Part shown: piece by piece, positions 48,328-58,140 of the stretch | Layout: each line of letters starts with the position of its first letter | Numbering within the stretch: position 1 is the first letter of the stretch | Origin: a virus | Reading direction: 5' to 3' (one strand) | DNA: 64,000 nt | IMG/VR virus record: IMGVR_UViG_3300024496_000030 | Span: 1-64,000 of that record | Notes under the pieces: model-generated | Told to the model about the DNA's origin: nothing | Databases searched by the model: none | The model's input: the letters and a program-made list of their open reading frames with translations, nothing else | Translations under genes and position numbers: made by a program

Positions 48328-48981
48328 ATGAGCATTGTTGAACTTGTTTGGGCTACACCAGATGCTGAAGCACTGATCACTAAGATGGCACGCGTTTCAG
48401 CGCCAGCCAATGAGAACAACATGGAGACTGCTCCTAAGTTGCTCCGTTACTTAATCAAACATGCTCATTGGTCGCCATTTGAAATGGCAAACATGTGTAT
48501 AGAGATTCATACAACTCGTGCAATCTCAGCCCAGATCATCCGTCACCGTTCATTTTCCTTTCAAGAATTTAGTCAGCGCTATGCAGATATCAATCTGTTA
48601 GGTTCAACTTACGTGCCGCACTTGCGTCGCCAGGATACAAAAAATAGGCAGAACTCTGTTGATGATCTTGATGCAGAGATGACCGGTCAATATTACCGGC
48701 GCATCAGTACTCTCTTTGAAGAAGCTGAGCATCTGTATAAAGAGATGGTGAGTTCTGGTGTAGCAAAAGAATGTGCACGTAACATTCTTCCGCTTGCATC
48801 TCCTACCCGTATTTATATGAATGGCTCCTTGCGTTCATGGATTACTTATATTGCTCTGCGCGAAAAGCACGGAACGCAGATGGAGCATATGCAAATTGCA
48901 AAAGATGCTAAGAAGATCTTCTGTGGTCAGTTTCCTACGATTGCAGAAGCTCTAGGTGGCTCTGAAGAATGGACCATCTAA
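48328..48981 (+). CDS. thyX: FAD-dependent thymidylate synthase
   Basis: HWSPFE, RHRSFSFQEFSQRY, AKECAR.ILP, GSLRSW..Y..LR. Confidence 0.95.
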   Translation: MSIVELVWATPDAEALITKMARVSAPANENNMETAPKLLRYLIKHAHWSPFEMANMCIEIHTTRAISAQIIRHRSFSFQEFSQRYADINLLGSTYVPHLRRQDTKNRQNSVDDLDAEMTGQYYRRISTLFEEAEHLYKEMVSSGVAKECARNILPLASPTRIYMNGSLRSWITYIALREKHGTQMEHMQIAKDAKKIFCGQFPTIAEALGGSEEWTI

Positions 48982-49067
48982 AAGATAAAGTATAAAGATT
49001 AATAACATTTAATTACCTGGGCACCGCAAGGGTAAGTCCCAGCTTTGTTGTATTTGCACACACCACG

Positions 49068-50012
49068 ATGGACAACAAACTACCCAAAGTTCCTGAGAAA
49101 GCTCTTGAAGCTTTGAAGGATGGCATTCAATCTGTTCTTGATTCTAAAGATTGGACTGGTTTTCTTTCTGCTATTCGGTGCATACATGACTATAGTTTCA
49201 ACAATAAGTTGTTGATTATGATGGCGCAACACAAGCGTGGATGGGCGTTTAGTCCATTTGTTGCTGGCGCCAGGAAGTGGAACGACAAGTTCAATCGGCA
49301 ACTTAAGAAAGGTGAGTTCACCAATCCCATCTGGATCCTTGCTCCAGTACTCATTAAGAAGACGGACGAGAATGGACAAGTCCTTTGTCGTGCGGATGGA
49401 ACGCCTGAGCAAGTGCCAATTCGCTTTCGTGGGGTGAAGGTCTATGACCATCATCAAACAGAGGGAGATCCAATCCCTGAACCAGACACCACTGGCATGA
49501 TGGCACAGCTAGAGGGAAACATCTCCTCCCATGTCATGGATGGTATGGTTGCCGTTGCTAAGCGCCGTAGCGTTGAGGTGCAGCGTTGTTCTGCAGCTGA
49601 TCTTGGTGCTGCGCTAGGCCGCTGCTGGTTTGCCAATCAAGGGCGGGCCAGCAAGATTGAGATCAGTTCAGAACTGAATGAGATCACTGCTGTCAGTGTC
49701 ATGGCCCATGAGCTGGGTCACGCCATCCTCCACAACCGTGATGAGTACCAGGAACATGACTCCTCCTCCATCAAAGAACTGGAAGCTGAGTCAGTTGCTT
49801 ATCTGGTTTGTTCTCATTACGGCGTGGATCTTGGTTGTCGCAGCTTTCAGTACATTGTTCATCACAACACTGCGTCTGATGATGTCGTTGCAGATCTTTT
49901 GAAGTCAGGTGATCGGATCTTCCGTGCCTACGAGGAGATCATTAAGACCACTGATGAATACCTCACGACAGGGCCAGCTCCAGTGGAAGCTAAGATGCTG
50001 GCTGCTGTCTGA
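49068..50012 (+). CDS. ArdC-like ssDNA-binding/metalloprotease-fold protein
   Basis: YSFNN.LLI..Q, W...RQLKKGE..IWILAP, VYDHHQTEG, AHELGH..ELEAESVAY. Confidence 0.75.
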   Translation: MDNKLPKVPEKALEALKDGIQSVLDSKDWTGFLSAIRCIHDYSFNNKLLIMMAQHKRGWAFSPFVAGARKWNDKFNRQLKKGEFTNPIWILAPVLIKKTDENGQVLCRADGTPEQVPIRFRGVKVYDHHQTEGDPIPEPDTTGMMAQLEGNISSHVMDGMVAVAKRRSVEVQRCSAADLGAALGRCWFANQGRASKIEISSELNEITAVSVMAHELGHAILHNRDEYQEHDSSSIKELEAESVAYLVCSHYGVDLGCRSFQYIVHHNTASDDVVADLLKSGDRIFRAYEEIIKTTDEYLTTGPAPVEAKMLAAV

Positions 50013-50111
50013 GTTCAGATCAAGCCAGGCTTCACGAGGCCTGGCTCTAACCGCTTCTGAAGTGCGGGTAACGCCTCATGAAGTAAATCAAAAGGCAACG
50101 AAACTCTACCA

Positions 50112-50411
50112 TTGATGAAAGGTTTTGTCAGCTCAACGCAACCCACACGCACTGCTAGTTATTGGGTTGCCTGTTACTCAAAAGAAGATGAAGATGTTCC
50201 GATGGGTATTCACAAAAAAGTTTTGAAGTATAAGGTAGGACAGGATAAAGAGAAACTTATTATTCGGTACTGCCACCAGTTGTTTGATCTCAACCGCACC
50301 ATCTGGGATGTGCTTGTGCACCAGGGGCCATCAGAAGTTCCAGAACACGGCGATCAAGTCGTGATGCGCATGAGTCGTGATCAGTTCCGTGGCTCGACAA
50401 TTGTTCGTTAA
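50112..50411 (+). CDS. hypothetical protein
   Basis: ORF track. Confidence 0.5.
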   Translation: MMKGFVSSTQPTRTASYWVACYSKEDEDVPMGIHKKVLKYKVGQDKEKLIIRYCHQLFDLNRTIWDVLVHQGPSEVPEHGDQVVMRMSRDQFRGSTIVR

Positions 50412-50428
50412 TCCTTTATAATTTTTTT

Positions 50429-50716
50429 GGTTCTGATCAGACCCTCGTGGCCACGAGAACGTCCAGTTACTTTCAGGCGTAACTGGATACCTGATATCAC
50501 AGAGTGGAAGCTGTGATGTCAACGATGAAGCAGAAAGAGGAATGGGGGCCGACCCTCATTTAAAACCCGTGAACGGGATCCTCTTCTGTTAAAAATTTTT
50601 GTAGGGGCGCAGCCCCACCGATAGCTACACGGCAGGGCTGTTCACTTACCAGCAGAAGGAAACCACAAAAACTTCTGCTCCCCAGGGCCTGCCGTGGTTC
50701 TTCTACGGCCCCATCC
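50429..50716 (+). ncRNA. candidate large structured RNA
   Basis: TATAAT at 50417-22; at least 7 helices with plus-strand G-U pairs; no plus-strand ORF in the track. Confidence 0.55.
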
Positions 50717-50752
50717 TATAATAGGTTCTATGCGCTTTACAAGAACCTCACC

Positions 50753-52378
50753 ATGGCCGTATTATGCAAACCAAAAATCATAGGGACAGTTGCCTGTGAT
50801 TCCGGTTCAATCGCTCTTGTTGATCCATCTCATCTCGAAGTATCGGATGCAGATACTGTTCAGCTTCCTCATTGGAATCTGTTTACTTCTGTGGATACTG
50901 AAACAGGAGATGGAGAATTTGTTGTTTACGCTCAACGTGACAACCGTGGTTGTTTGCGTCGAGTCATCATTGAAATTGAATGATCTCTACAACTATCTTT
51001 CTGATCTGGGTTCTCATCAATATCATCTTCTTATTTAACTTTAATCTTCCAGTTGGTTACCTTGTTATTGTCAACCTATCCTTTATAGTGGCGAGTATCC
51101 TTTCAGATGCTGAGCCCCACAATCGGATATGAGCAACCTGCTAGACCCCAGGCGCGAGCCCAACCGTTGGCTTGCTGCTATGTTTGATCACCTTCTTCAG
51201 GTAGGCGATTCTGACTCTCTTGATTCTCTTCGTTCTGGTTATTATCAACTTTGTAATGTTGTTGAGCCTGGTTTGATTGACAGTCTGTTTCAACCTTGGA
51301 TTGAAGCATATCTTCAAGGACTCCAGGATGAGGATGGAACAGAAAACATTCAAAATATCCAGCGTCCACCGCAGGGGCTAGAGGATCTGCCGGAACCACT
51401 CCAATAATTTTCCCCAGTTCATATAACGGTTCAGCTGCATATGGCGGTCTGTGCCACCAAAACTTCAAGGCTTCCCAATCCACTGACCAGTCCGGGTGGT
51501 ACGCCAACCACCTGGACCATGCCTTGAATTGCTTTTCTGGATGCCGCGAGGTGCAATCCAAATACAAGCAGTCGCCAGGTTCCAGTTGCCAACGTGCTAC
51601 CAATAGGTGCTTAAAGCCTTGGTTAATTGATTTGAATCCACCTTTACCTGTTAGGTGGCTGCGCATATTGCTAGCACGTTTGTTCTTTTTATTTCGGTAC
51701 CAATCATTAAGTTGCCGCTTTGATTTGCTGATGGCATAAGCGACACGCCATACCCAATGATCACCAGTAAAGCAAAACTCTGGCGTTAGGAAGAGTTTGC
51801 AATACTGATCATTGATTTTAAACGTAGTAGTGCTACGCTTGCGGCATACTTTATAGGTCATGGCGTGGACGATCTTATCATCGCTATCCAACAAGATCCC
51901 GAACTATGGGAGATTGTTGAGAAGCTGAAAAGTCCTGATGAAGATCTAGAAGATTTCCTGCTCAGCATAGCGCATATGCTGTCGATTGAATTCCAGGAAC
52001 TTCATAAGACAGATCTTTCTGACAAACTTGCTTCCCTTTTCGGTGGTCTTCCTAACAAGTCACTGATCATGGCACCGATGCTTCTGCATATTGCACTGGA
52101 TATTTTTCTGATGCGTGCCATTCCTCATCAAATGGAGGGGTGAAATGCAACGCGGTTACGTGCTCTGTAACTATGATCTCTCCCAGGTGTTGTGTTTGAC
52201 ACCAGGGAAAGACGGTGTGATGCTGCAAGATGTGGACAGTACAAAGGTACTCAACAAAGCAGTGTGCCTGCCGGATTTGACTGAAGCTAAAAATGTTTCA
52301 CAAAGGCTTCAGAATAAAGAGATGACAGGTGACCTTGAGATTGTTAATGTGGCTCGGCTTTATAAGAAATTTTTCTAA
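50753..52378 (+). CDS. hypothetical genes (50753-50983, 51129-51407, 51865-52143, ~52145-52378)
   Basis: ORF track; TATAAT at 50717-22. Confidence 0.5.
51178..51861 (-). CDS. hypothetical protein on the opposite strand
   Basis: Likely start MTYKVCRK; 3' part overlaps 51129-51407 antisense. Confidence 0.45.
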   Translation of the reverse strand: MTYKVCRKRSTTTFKINDQYCKLFLTPEFCFTGDHWVWRVAYAISKSKRQLNDWYRNKKNKRASNMRSHLTGKGGFKSINQGFKHLLVARWQLEPGDCLYLDCTSRHPEKQFKAWSRWLAYHPDWSVDWEALKFWWHRPPYAAEPLYELGKIIGVVPADPLAPAVDAGYFECFLFHPHPGVLEDMLQSKVETDCQSNQAQQHYKVDNNQNEENQESQNRLPEEGDQT

Positions 52379-52390
52379 GGTGATCTCCTT

Positions 52391-54238
52391 ATGAGATTGG
52401 TATTGGACCTTGAGAGCAATGGGTTGTTGCCAGTAATGGACACAATCCATTGCATTGTGCTACGTAATGTTGATACTGGTAACTTAATTAGCTGTGCAGA
52501 TCAACCAGGTCATCACAGCTTAGAAACAGCTCTTGATTTTATAAAAGAAGCAACGTTACTTGTTGGTCATAACATTATTAAGTTTGATCTACCAGCCCTG
52601 AGAAAAATATATCCAGGTTTTCAACTTAGACCTGATGTTCAGTATTACGATACGTTAGTTGTTAGCAGAGTCATGTGGCCTGAATTAGAGCCTGTTGATG
52701 CTGCTAAGTTCTCACATATCCCACGTAAATACTTTGGGCGCCACAGCTTGGCAGCCTGGGGTGAACGCCTCGGTGTTAGTAAGATTAATTTCAAAGAAGA
52801 GAGTAAAAAAGATAATGATGAAGTAGAAGATGTGTGGGAAAGATGGACACCTACAATGCAAACATATTGTGAAGGTGACGTAGAAGTATCGACTAGACTA
52901 TATGAATATCTTTCCTGTCAAGATCTGGACTCCAGGTGTCTGGAACTAGAGCATGAGTTTGCTCTAGTCATGGCACAGCAGGAAACATTTGGGTTTCCCT
53001 TCAATGAAAAGGCAGCCTATGCGTTGGTCAACACGCTCAAAGCTCGACGCTCTGAGCTTGAAGATGAACTCCAAGCAACCTTCCCGCCAATCGAGAAGGA
53101 ACGCTGGTCGGAAAAGACTGGCAAACAACTTAAAACAGAGATTACAGTATTCAATCCTGCCTCCAGGACACAGATCTCGCAGCGTCTACGAGCTAAGTAC
53201 CCTGAGATTACGTTTGAATCCACGGAGAAAGGCAAGCCAAAAGTGGATGATGATGTTCTGGAGTTTCTTGGTCAGAAATATCCAGAAGCCAAGCTCCTTG
53301 CTGAGTACCAACTCTTTAATAAAAGGCTTGGTCAAATTGCTGAAGGGAAGGAAGCATGGCTGAAGCACTGCAGGATTTATAACGATGGCCGTATTCATGG
53401 CGAAGTTATTACTAATGCTTGCATTAGCGGCCGATGCAGCCACAAACGTCCCAACATGGCCCAAGTCCCCAGTGTTGGTCACGCTTTTGGAGCTGAGTGC
53501 AGGGCTCTGTTTTATGCTCCTGATGGTTGGCTGCTGGTTGGTGCTGATGCTTCTGGACTCGAACTCCGGGCGCTAGGTTCCTGGCTTGCTTACTTTGATG
53601 ATGGTGAGTACGCCAGGCTAGTCAGCACCGAGGGTTTTGATATCCACACATACAATGCCAAACTCTTCGGGATCTACGATGGTGTTGGTGAGATCAGCAA
53701 GGCTACCCGTGATCTATCGAAGCGGCTTATTTATTGCATCTTGTATGGTGGCGGTGCAAAAAAGACTGGATCCATTATATCTCCTGACGAAAGTGAAGAT
53801 ACCCAATACAAGCAGGGTAAGAAAACCATTGATACTTTCTATCGGAATCTACCTGCTATCAAGAAGCTTAAAGATCTCATCGACGAACGCATTACGCAAC
53901 GCGGTTATCTTACTGGTATTGATGGCAGACGGCTACAGATTCGCTCTAAACATTCAGCCCTCAACCAGCTCCTCCAATCCACGGGCGCAATCGCGGTAAA
54001 GAAAGCAACAACAATTCTTTATAATGATTTAACTAATGAAGGATTAGTCTTTGCAAAAGACTGGGGATTTGTTGCACACGTGCATGATGAATATCAGGCT
54101 CTAGTTAAACCTGAGTACGTTGATCTTTATACCAAGCTTGCTATTGATTCTTTCCGTAAATCCGGTGAGTACTTCCAGTTAAAATGTCCACTGACAGGTG
54201 AGGCTAGGACAGGAAGGAACTGGCAAGAGACTCACTGA
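52391..54238 (+). CDS. polA: DNA polymerase, family A (T7-like)
   Basis: DLESNGL, GHNIIKFD, YCEGDV (exonuclease); DASGLELR (motif A), KRLIYCILYGGG (motif B), HVHDE (motif C). Confidence 0.95.
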   Translation: MRLVLDLESNGLLPVMDTIHCIVLRNVDTGNLISCADQPGHHSLETALDFIKEATLLVGHNIIKFDLPALRKIYPGFQLRPDVQYYDTLVVSRVMWPELEPVDAAKFSHIPRKYFGRHSLAAWGERLGVSKINFKEESKKDNDEVEDVWERWTPTMQTYCEGDVEVSTRLYEYLSCQDLDSRCLELEHEFALVMAQQETFGFPFNEKAAYALVNTLKARRSELEDELQATFPPIEKERWSEKTGKQLKTEITVFNPASRTQISQRLRAKYPEITFESTEKGKPKVDDDVLEFLGQKYPEAKLLAEYQLFNKRLGQIAEGKEAWLKHCRIYNDGRIHGEVITNACISGRCSHKRPNMAQVPSVGHAFGAECRALFYAPDGWLLVGADASGLELRALGSWLAYFDDGEYARLVSTEGFDIHTYNAKLFGIYDGVGEISKATRDLSKRLIYCILYGGGAKKTGSIISPDESEDTQYKQGKKTIDTFYRNLPAIKKLKDLIDERITQRGYLTGIDGRRLQIRSKHSALNQLLQSTGAIAVKKATTILYNDLTNEGLVFAKDWGFVAHVHDEYQALVKPEYVDLYTKLAIDSFRKSGEYFQLKCPLTGEARTGRNWQETH

Positions 54239-55185
54239 GGATTAACTTTTACGTTTCCAGCTGAATCAACATCTAAATTATACTTATAAGGTTTGCCATA
54301 TCCTTGGGTTACGATGCCGCGACCAATCATGTCAGGGCTAACAGGCATGAAAAGTGGACGTTTCCAAAAACTTGTATCAGTTAGAAATCCTCCTTTATTT
54401 TTAGGTGCATAACCAAAGTTATATGTTTCATCTTTGATTGTATATTTACTATCTGTTATTGTAGGCTCTACCCAGACGCTTCCTAGTGAGTTGCGTAATT
54501 GCCACTGTTCACCAGTAGTGCCAGTATGCATAGCTTTGTATGCAGATTTTTGTTCTGATGGAGTTGCATCTCCAAAGCGTCTTTGTAAAACTGTTTCTGG
54601 CCCTACATCTCCCGATGCATAATATAAAGGAACATAGCCTTCTTTAAGTTTTTCTCCATACCAAGGTCGTTGTCCTGGTTCACTTAAAGCGCTTTGCATG
54701 AAAGCAGGATCAGAATATTTTTCTTTATTTTGTTTTATATCTGCATAAAGTTGACGCCCAACTGTTTGTGGAATTTGTAAATTATCGGCACCAGTTCCAG
54801 ATAAATACCGAAGGAACATGTTGGTATTTAGATCATATTCATTTTGAATGTCCGGATTAGCTGCGTAATATTCTGATACTTTTTGTATTTCTTTTGGATT
54901 ACTTAAGACCACACCAACAGGATTGGCGCCTGCTTGTGTAATTGCTCTAAGCGCATTCAATGCCTGACCTTGACCAGCAAAACGCCCTGGTTTTCCTTGA
55001 TAATCATAGCTAGCACTTTGTCTTGCTAAACTTTCTTGACGCCGTCTAGCAAGCTCACGTTCACCTTCTTGTTTTGCGCGTGTTAGCGGGGAGGCAGTTC
55101 CACCGCCAGGAAGCCAGCCACCTAAAGCACTGTCTGCTTGGCTCCAAACTTGTCCTGCTTTTCGAAAAAAACTAGATAAAGGCAT
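54232..55185 (-). CDS. hypothetical, virion-protein-like
   Basis: GGWLPGGG N-terminus, RFAGQ motif; antisense insert in the replication region. Confidence 0.5.
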   Translation of the reverse strand: MPLSSFFRKAGQVWSQADSALGGWLPGGGTASPLTRAKQEGERELARRRQESLARQSASYDYQGKPGRFAGQGQALNALRAITQAGANPVGVVLSNPKEIQKVSEYYAANPDIQNEYDLNTNMFLRYLSGTGADNLQIPQTVGRQLYADIKQNKEKYSDPAFMQSALSEPGQRPWYGEKLKEGYVPLYYASGDVGPETVLQRRFGDATPSEQKSAYKAMHTGTTGEQWQLRNSLGSVWVEPTITDSKYTIKDETYNFGYAPKNKGGFLTDTSFWKRPLFMPVSPDMIGRGIVTQGYGKPYKYNLDVDSAGNVKVNPQ

Positions 55186-55295
55186 TACTTTTTCTTTCCG
55201 CCATTCTTGGCTTTACGGGCGTTTGCATTACCGCTGTTCTGTTTAGCATTTTGCTTAGCAGTAGCAGCGGATTTTTTGTTCTTGGCCTGAGCCAT
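55185..55295 (-). CDS. 36-aa basic protein
   Basis: MAQAKNKKSAATAKQNAKQNSGNANARKAKNGGKKK; coupled by TAATG; TAGAAT upstream. Confidence 0.55.
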   Translation of the reverse strand: MAQAKNKKSAATAKQNAKQNSGNANARKAKNGGKKK

Positions 55296-55362
55296 TTTAA
55301 TACTATCTTCTACTTGTCATTCTACGAGAAGTCAGTACAGTAGTTCCGGTGCCCACCTTCTC

Positions 55363-55539
55363 ATGGAACCCCAACGCATCAGCGCTATCAAAGCCTCCCT
55401 GTACGACATGTCCATGGAGGAACTTCAAGATATGAGTGATGATCTCAGTGCTCTCATCTCAGTCTTAATTACACGCCAGGTGGCTATCGAAGATGCCATC
55501 TTGGATCGACTCGAAGCAGCCTTTGCGAAACAGGTATGA
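55363..55539 (+). CDS. 58-aa coiled-coil protein
   Basis: ATGA overlap with the deaminase gene. Confidence 0.5.
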   Translation: MEPQRISAIKASLYDMSMEELQDMSDDLSALISVLITRQVAIEDAILDRLEAAFAKQV

Positions 55540-55991
55540 ACCCTGAGGAGCACAAATGGCACCAGCGTTTTACCTTGCTAGCTAGGCAAGTTGCCAGCTG
55601 GAGTAAGGATCCATCCACTCAAGTTGGTTGCGTACTGACTAACAACAAAAAGGTTTTAAGTGTTGGATATAACGGGTTTCCTAAGAACATTAGTGATGAC
55701 CTAAACCGACTCATTGATCGTGAGCAAAAGTATGAAATCACTGTTCATGCTGAGGTTAATGCAGTCACAACAGCTGCACTTCATGGTGTCAGTACTGAAG
55801 GCGCTAACGCTTACATTACTTTCAATCCATGCTCTCGCTGTGCTGCTGTACTTATCAACGCAGGTATTAACGCCATCTATGTGGATGGCGGTGCCCAAGT
55901 CCCTGAGCGTTGGTTAGAAAACTTTATCTTGGCCAGCAAAATTCTTGCTGAAGCCGGGGTAGAGTACCACACCATTGATCCCACTTCCTAA
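55536..55991 (+). CDS. dCMP deaminase
   Basis: SKDPSTQVG, GYNGFP, HAEVNA, PCSRCA. Confidence 0.9.
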   Translation: MNPEEHKWHQRFTLLARQVASWSKDPSTQVGCVLTNNKKVLSVGYNGFPKNISDDLNRLIDREQKYEITVHAEVNAVTTAALHGVSTEGANAYITFNPCSRCAAVLINAGINAIYVDGGAQVPERWLENFILASKILAEAGVEYHTIDPTS

Positions 55992-55993
55992 TC

Positions 55994-56743
55994 ATGAACA
56001 CTCTGCTTGCTACTGGTATCTACGCCGGTGAGAAATTCATGGATAATGGTTTGCGTTTTGTGCAAATCAATCTTCCTAAAGTAGGTAATTCAGGAGCACA
56101 AGTTCCTCTGCTGGTTGTACCTAACAAAGCAGCAGGTGAAACCTTTGATGTATTCCAACCTGGTGCAACATTGTTAGTTGGCGGTCGTTTGTATCCCAAT
56201 CGTCAAGACTACAAGATGTACTTGGTTCCTAATCAAGTATTCCAAATTGCACCACCTAACTTAACTGTTAACCAGGTTAATCTTGCTGGTGGTGTTGGAT
56301 TTATTCCAGAACAAAACAAAGAAGATTTGTTTACTTTCTCGCTAATGTGCTCAGCCCCAGCGCAGCAGATCCTTGGTCACACCTGGGATGACAGCCTTGC
56401 CTTCCGCATGGAAGCCTGGGGTGATGACGCTAAGCGCATGACTGCAAACCTCCACGTGGGACGGCAGATTGCTGTCAGTGGCGTGCTCCGCTACAACACC
56501 TGGACGACACAGGATGGTCAGCAGCGTGGCATGTACCAGGTTCGCGTCAAAAGTGGTACCTATGCCTTCTTTGGTAAGAACAAGAAGAAGGAAGAGCAGA
56601 ATGAACTGCGGGCCATTAACACTGGCAATCGGTTTGAGTCGCCAGCAGCTGTCACAGCTGAGCCTTACCAGTCTGCTGTGCAACTGCCTCCTCTCCAGCA
56701 GGATGTGCCCGCTGGTGTAACAACTGATGATGTTCCTTTCTGA
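55994..56743 (+). CDS. tandem OB-fold SSB-like protein
   Basis: VNQVNLAG..EAWG..A..L..GRQIAVSGVLRYNTW; acidic DDVPF tail. Confidence 0.7.
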   Translation: MNTLLATGIYAGEKFMDNGLRFVQINLPKVGNSGAQVPLLVVPNKAAGETFDVFQPGATLLVGGRLYPNRQDYKMYLVPNQVFQIAPPNLTVNQVNLAGGVGFIPEQNKEDLFTFSLMCSAPAQQILGHTWDDSLAFRMEAWGDDAKRMTANLHVGRQIAVSGVLRYNTWTTQDGQQRGMYQVRVKSGTYAFFGKNKKKEEQNELRAINTGNRFESPAAVTAEPYQSAVQLPPLQQDVPAGVTTDDVPF

Positions 56744-56748
56744 TTGCC

Positions 56749-56973
56749 ATGCCTCCTCAATTTGAACTTACAGGACAGGATTGTCTTTCTTTAAGAGATG
56801 CTATTGCTTACGAGTTTTATATGGATAATGTAGTTACAACTATGGAACAATGCAAAAGTAATGATGAAGATTATGCAAAGGCACTCGCAACGCTTGCAAG
56901 AGCTTCATACATTGTTGCAGATATATTCTGGGCAGCTCGTGAACAGCAACTCAATCCATCTAGTGAATCATAA
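56749..56973 (+). CDS. hypothetical protein
   Basis: LSLRD..A...AY.VAD....AR-type phage motif. Confidence 0.5.
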   Translation: MPPQFELTGQDCLSLRDAIAYEFYMDNVVTTMEQCKSNDEDYAKALATLARASYIVADIFWAAREQQLNPSSES

Positions 56974-57072
56974 GAAAAAGTAATACGTAACAATGAATTC
57001 AATCCATCTGCCTTAGCTAAGGTAGGGGAGGCGAAGAACCAAGGGTTGCGGGTCACACTGCAACCTTTTTAT

Positions 57073-57134
57073 CCTCAGGTCAGCGCCAGCGGAGCCAACC
57101 CGTTGTGCAGGTGCAACTCCTGTTCTGAGGACCA
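57073..57134 (+). ncRNA. D-armless tRNA-like element ending ACCA
   Basis: Acceptor CCTCAGG/TCTGAGG-A-CCA; stem CAGCGG/CCGTTG with 7-nt loop AGCCAAC; T-arm GCAGG-TGCAACT-CCTGT. Confidence 0.6.
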
Positions 57135-57167
57135 TCTAAACAAACCGACTGCTCTGAACAAACTGAA

Positions 57168-58091
57168 ATGACTTCAATTCTGAACCGCTATCTCAATACT
57201 GAGAAGTACCAGGGTGTCCTGCGTGACTTCTGCAACTGCCAGATCCTGAATGACAAGAGCCAGTGCGGCCTCTTTCTGAAGGACACTGTGCTGGCCCGTA
57301 TTGGTTGGACTGGTGCTCCCGATCAATTCCCTGATGCTGAGGAGTACGAGCACACCTATAACAACGGTGACAGCAACAAAGGAATCTTCTTTAAGACTCC
57401 CCGCATGGTAGTGCTGCACTGCGGTTTCAGGAAAGATGTCACCTTTATCGAGAATTCCGAGAAGGGTGGCATCGAAGGAATCTATCCTCGTGATTCGTTT
57501 CTCTATGACGATTGGCAGGAGAAGAATCCCAACAAGCCTTCGCCCTACAAGCGTCGTCGTCTTGTTCTGATCTTCCTTGTTGATGAGAAGGGCACTCCGG
57601 TTCACAAGAAGCCGCTGCTCCTTTCCATCCACGGTGGTGCTTCCAACCTGTTTACCGATGCTTACGGCACTTTCATCGAGCAGCTGGAGTCTGCGTTTGC
57701 TGAATTTGCTGGGCTGAAAGGTGGCGCTGGCTTTGACCCCAAGCAAGCAGCTGCTGCAATCTTTACTCCCACCTTTGGTTCTCAGCTCTATGGTGAGAAC
57801 AACAAGAGCTGGATTGCATTCCCCAAGCAATGGGTTGTCCCCACGGTCAAGAACATCGAGTCTTTCTTCCCTAAGGGTGAGGATGATATCGACTTCATTG
57901 AGGAAGTGTGGGAGACTTGTCCGCCTGAGGTGTATGCCAAGTCCTTCTTCCAGCAATGTGAGAAGGAGATTGGCTACCACGCCATCAAGCCTGGCCTGGA
58001 TTTCTCCCTGCCTCCTGTTGAATCCTCTGGCTCCAGTGCTCGTGTGCTGACCGGCGCACGGGATCCTGAGACCGGAGAGATCGAACTCTGA
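57168..58091 (+). CDS. DUF5895-like protein (possible recombination/ssDNA protein)
   Basis: RRRLVLIFLVDE.G.PVHKKPLLLSIHG..S..F motif; codon usage typical of high expression. Confidence 0.5.
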   Translation: MTSILNRYLNTEKYQGVLRDFCNCQILNDKSQCGLFLKDTVLARIGWTGAPDQFPDAEEYEHTYNNGDSNKGIFFKTPRMVVLHCGFRKDVTFIENSEKGGIEGIYPRDSFLYDDWQEKNPNKPSPYKRRRLVLIFLVDEKGTPVHKKPLLLSIHGGASNLFTDAYGTFIEQLESAFAEFAGLKGGAGFDPKQAAAAIFTPTFGSQLYGENNKSWIAFPKQWVVPTVKNIESFFPKGEDDIDFIEEVWETCPPEVYAKSFFQQCEKEIGYHAIKPGLDFSLPPVESSGSSARVLTGARDPETGEIEL

Positions 58092-58115
58092 TCTAGACTG
58101 CTTCTGGAATGTTCA

Positions 58116-58140
58116 GCCGCTCCTTCGGGGGCGGTTTTTT
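58116..58140 (+). terminator. intrinsic terminator
   Basis: GCCGCTCC-TTCG-GGGGCGGT-TTTTT. Confidence 0.8.

Noticed and set aside
49016-49042. CTGGG..CCCAG hairpin, and the 50023-50067 hairpins, as twister or HDV ribozymes
   Set aside because: Required pseudoknots and conserved cores could not be assigned
50429-50716. tmRNA or group I intron
   Set aside because: No T-arm/acceptor end or tag ORF; no P7 consensus; does not interrupt a gene
57073-57134. Canonical tRNA-Trp(CCA)
   Set aside because: No D arm, no U33, non-canonical T loop; kept only as tRNA-like
57174-57980. 268-aa minus-strand ORF
   Set aside because: Antisense shadow of 57168-58091
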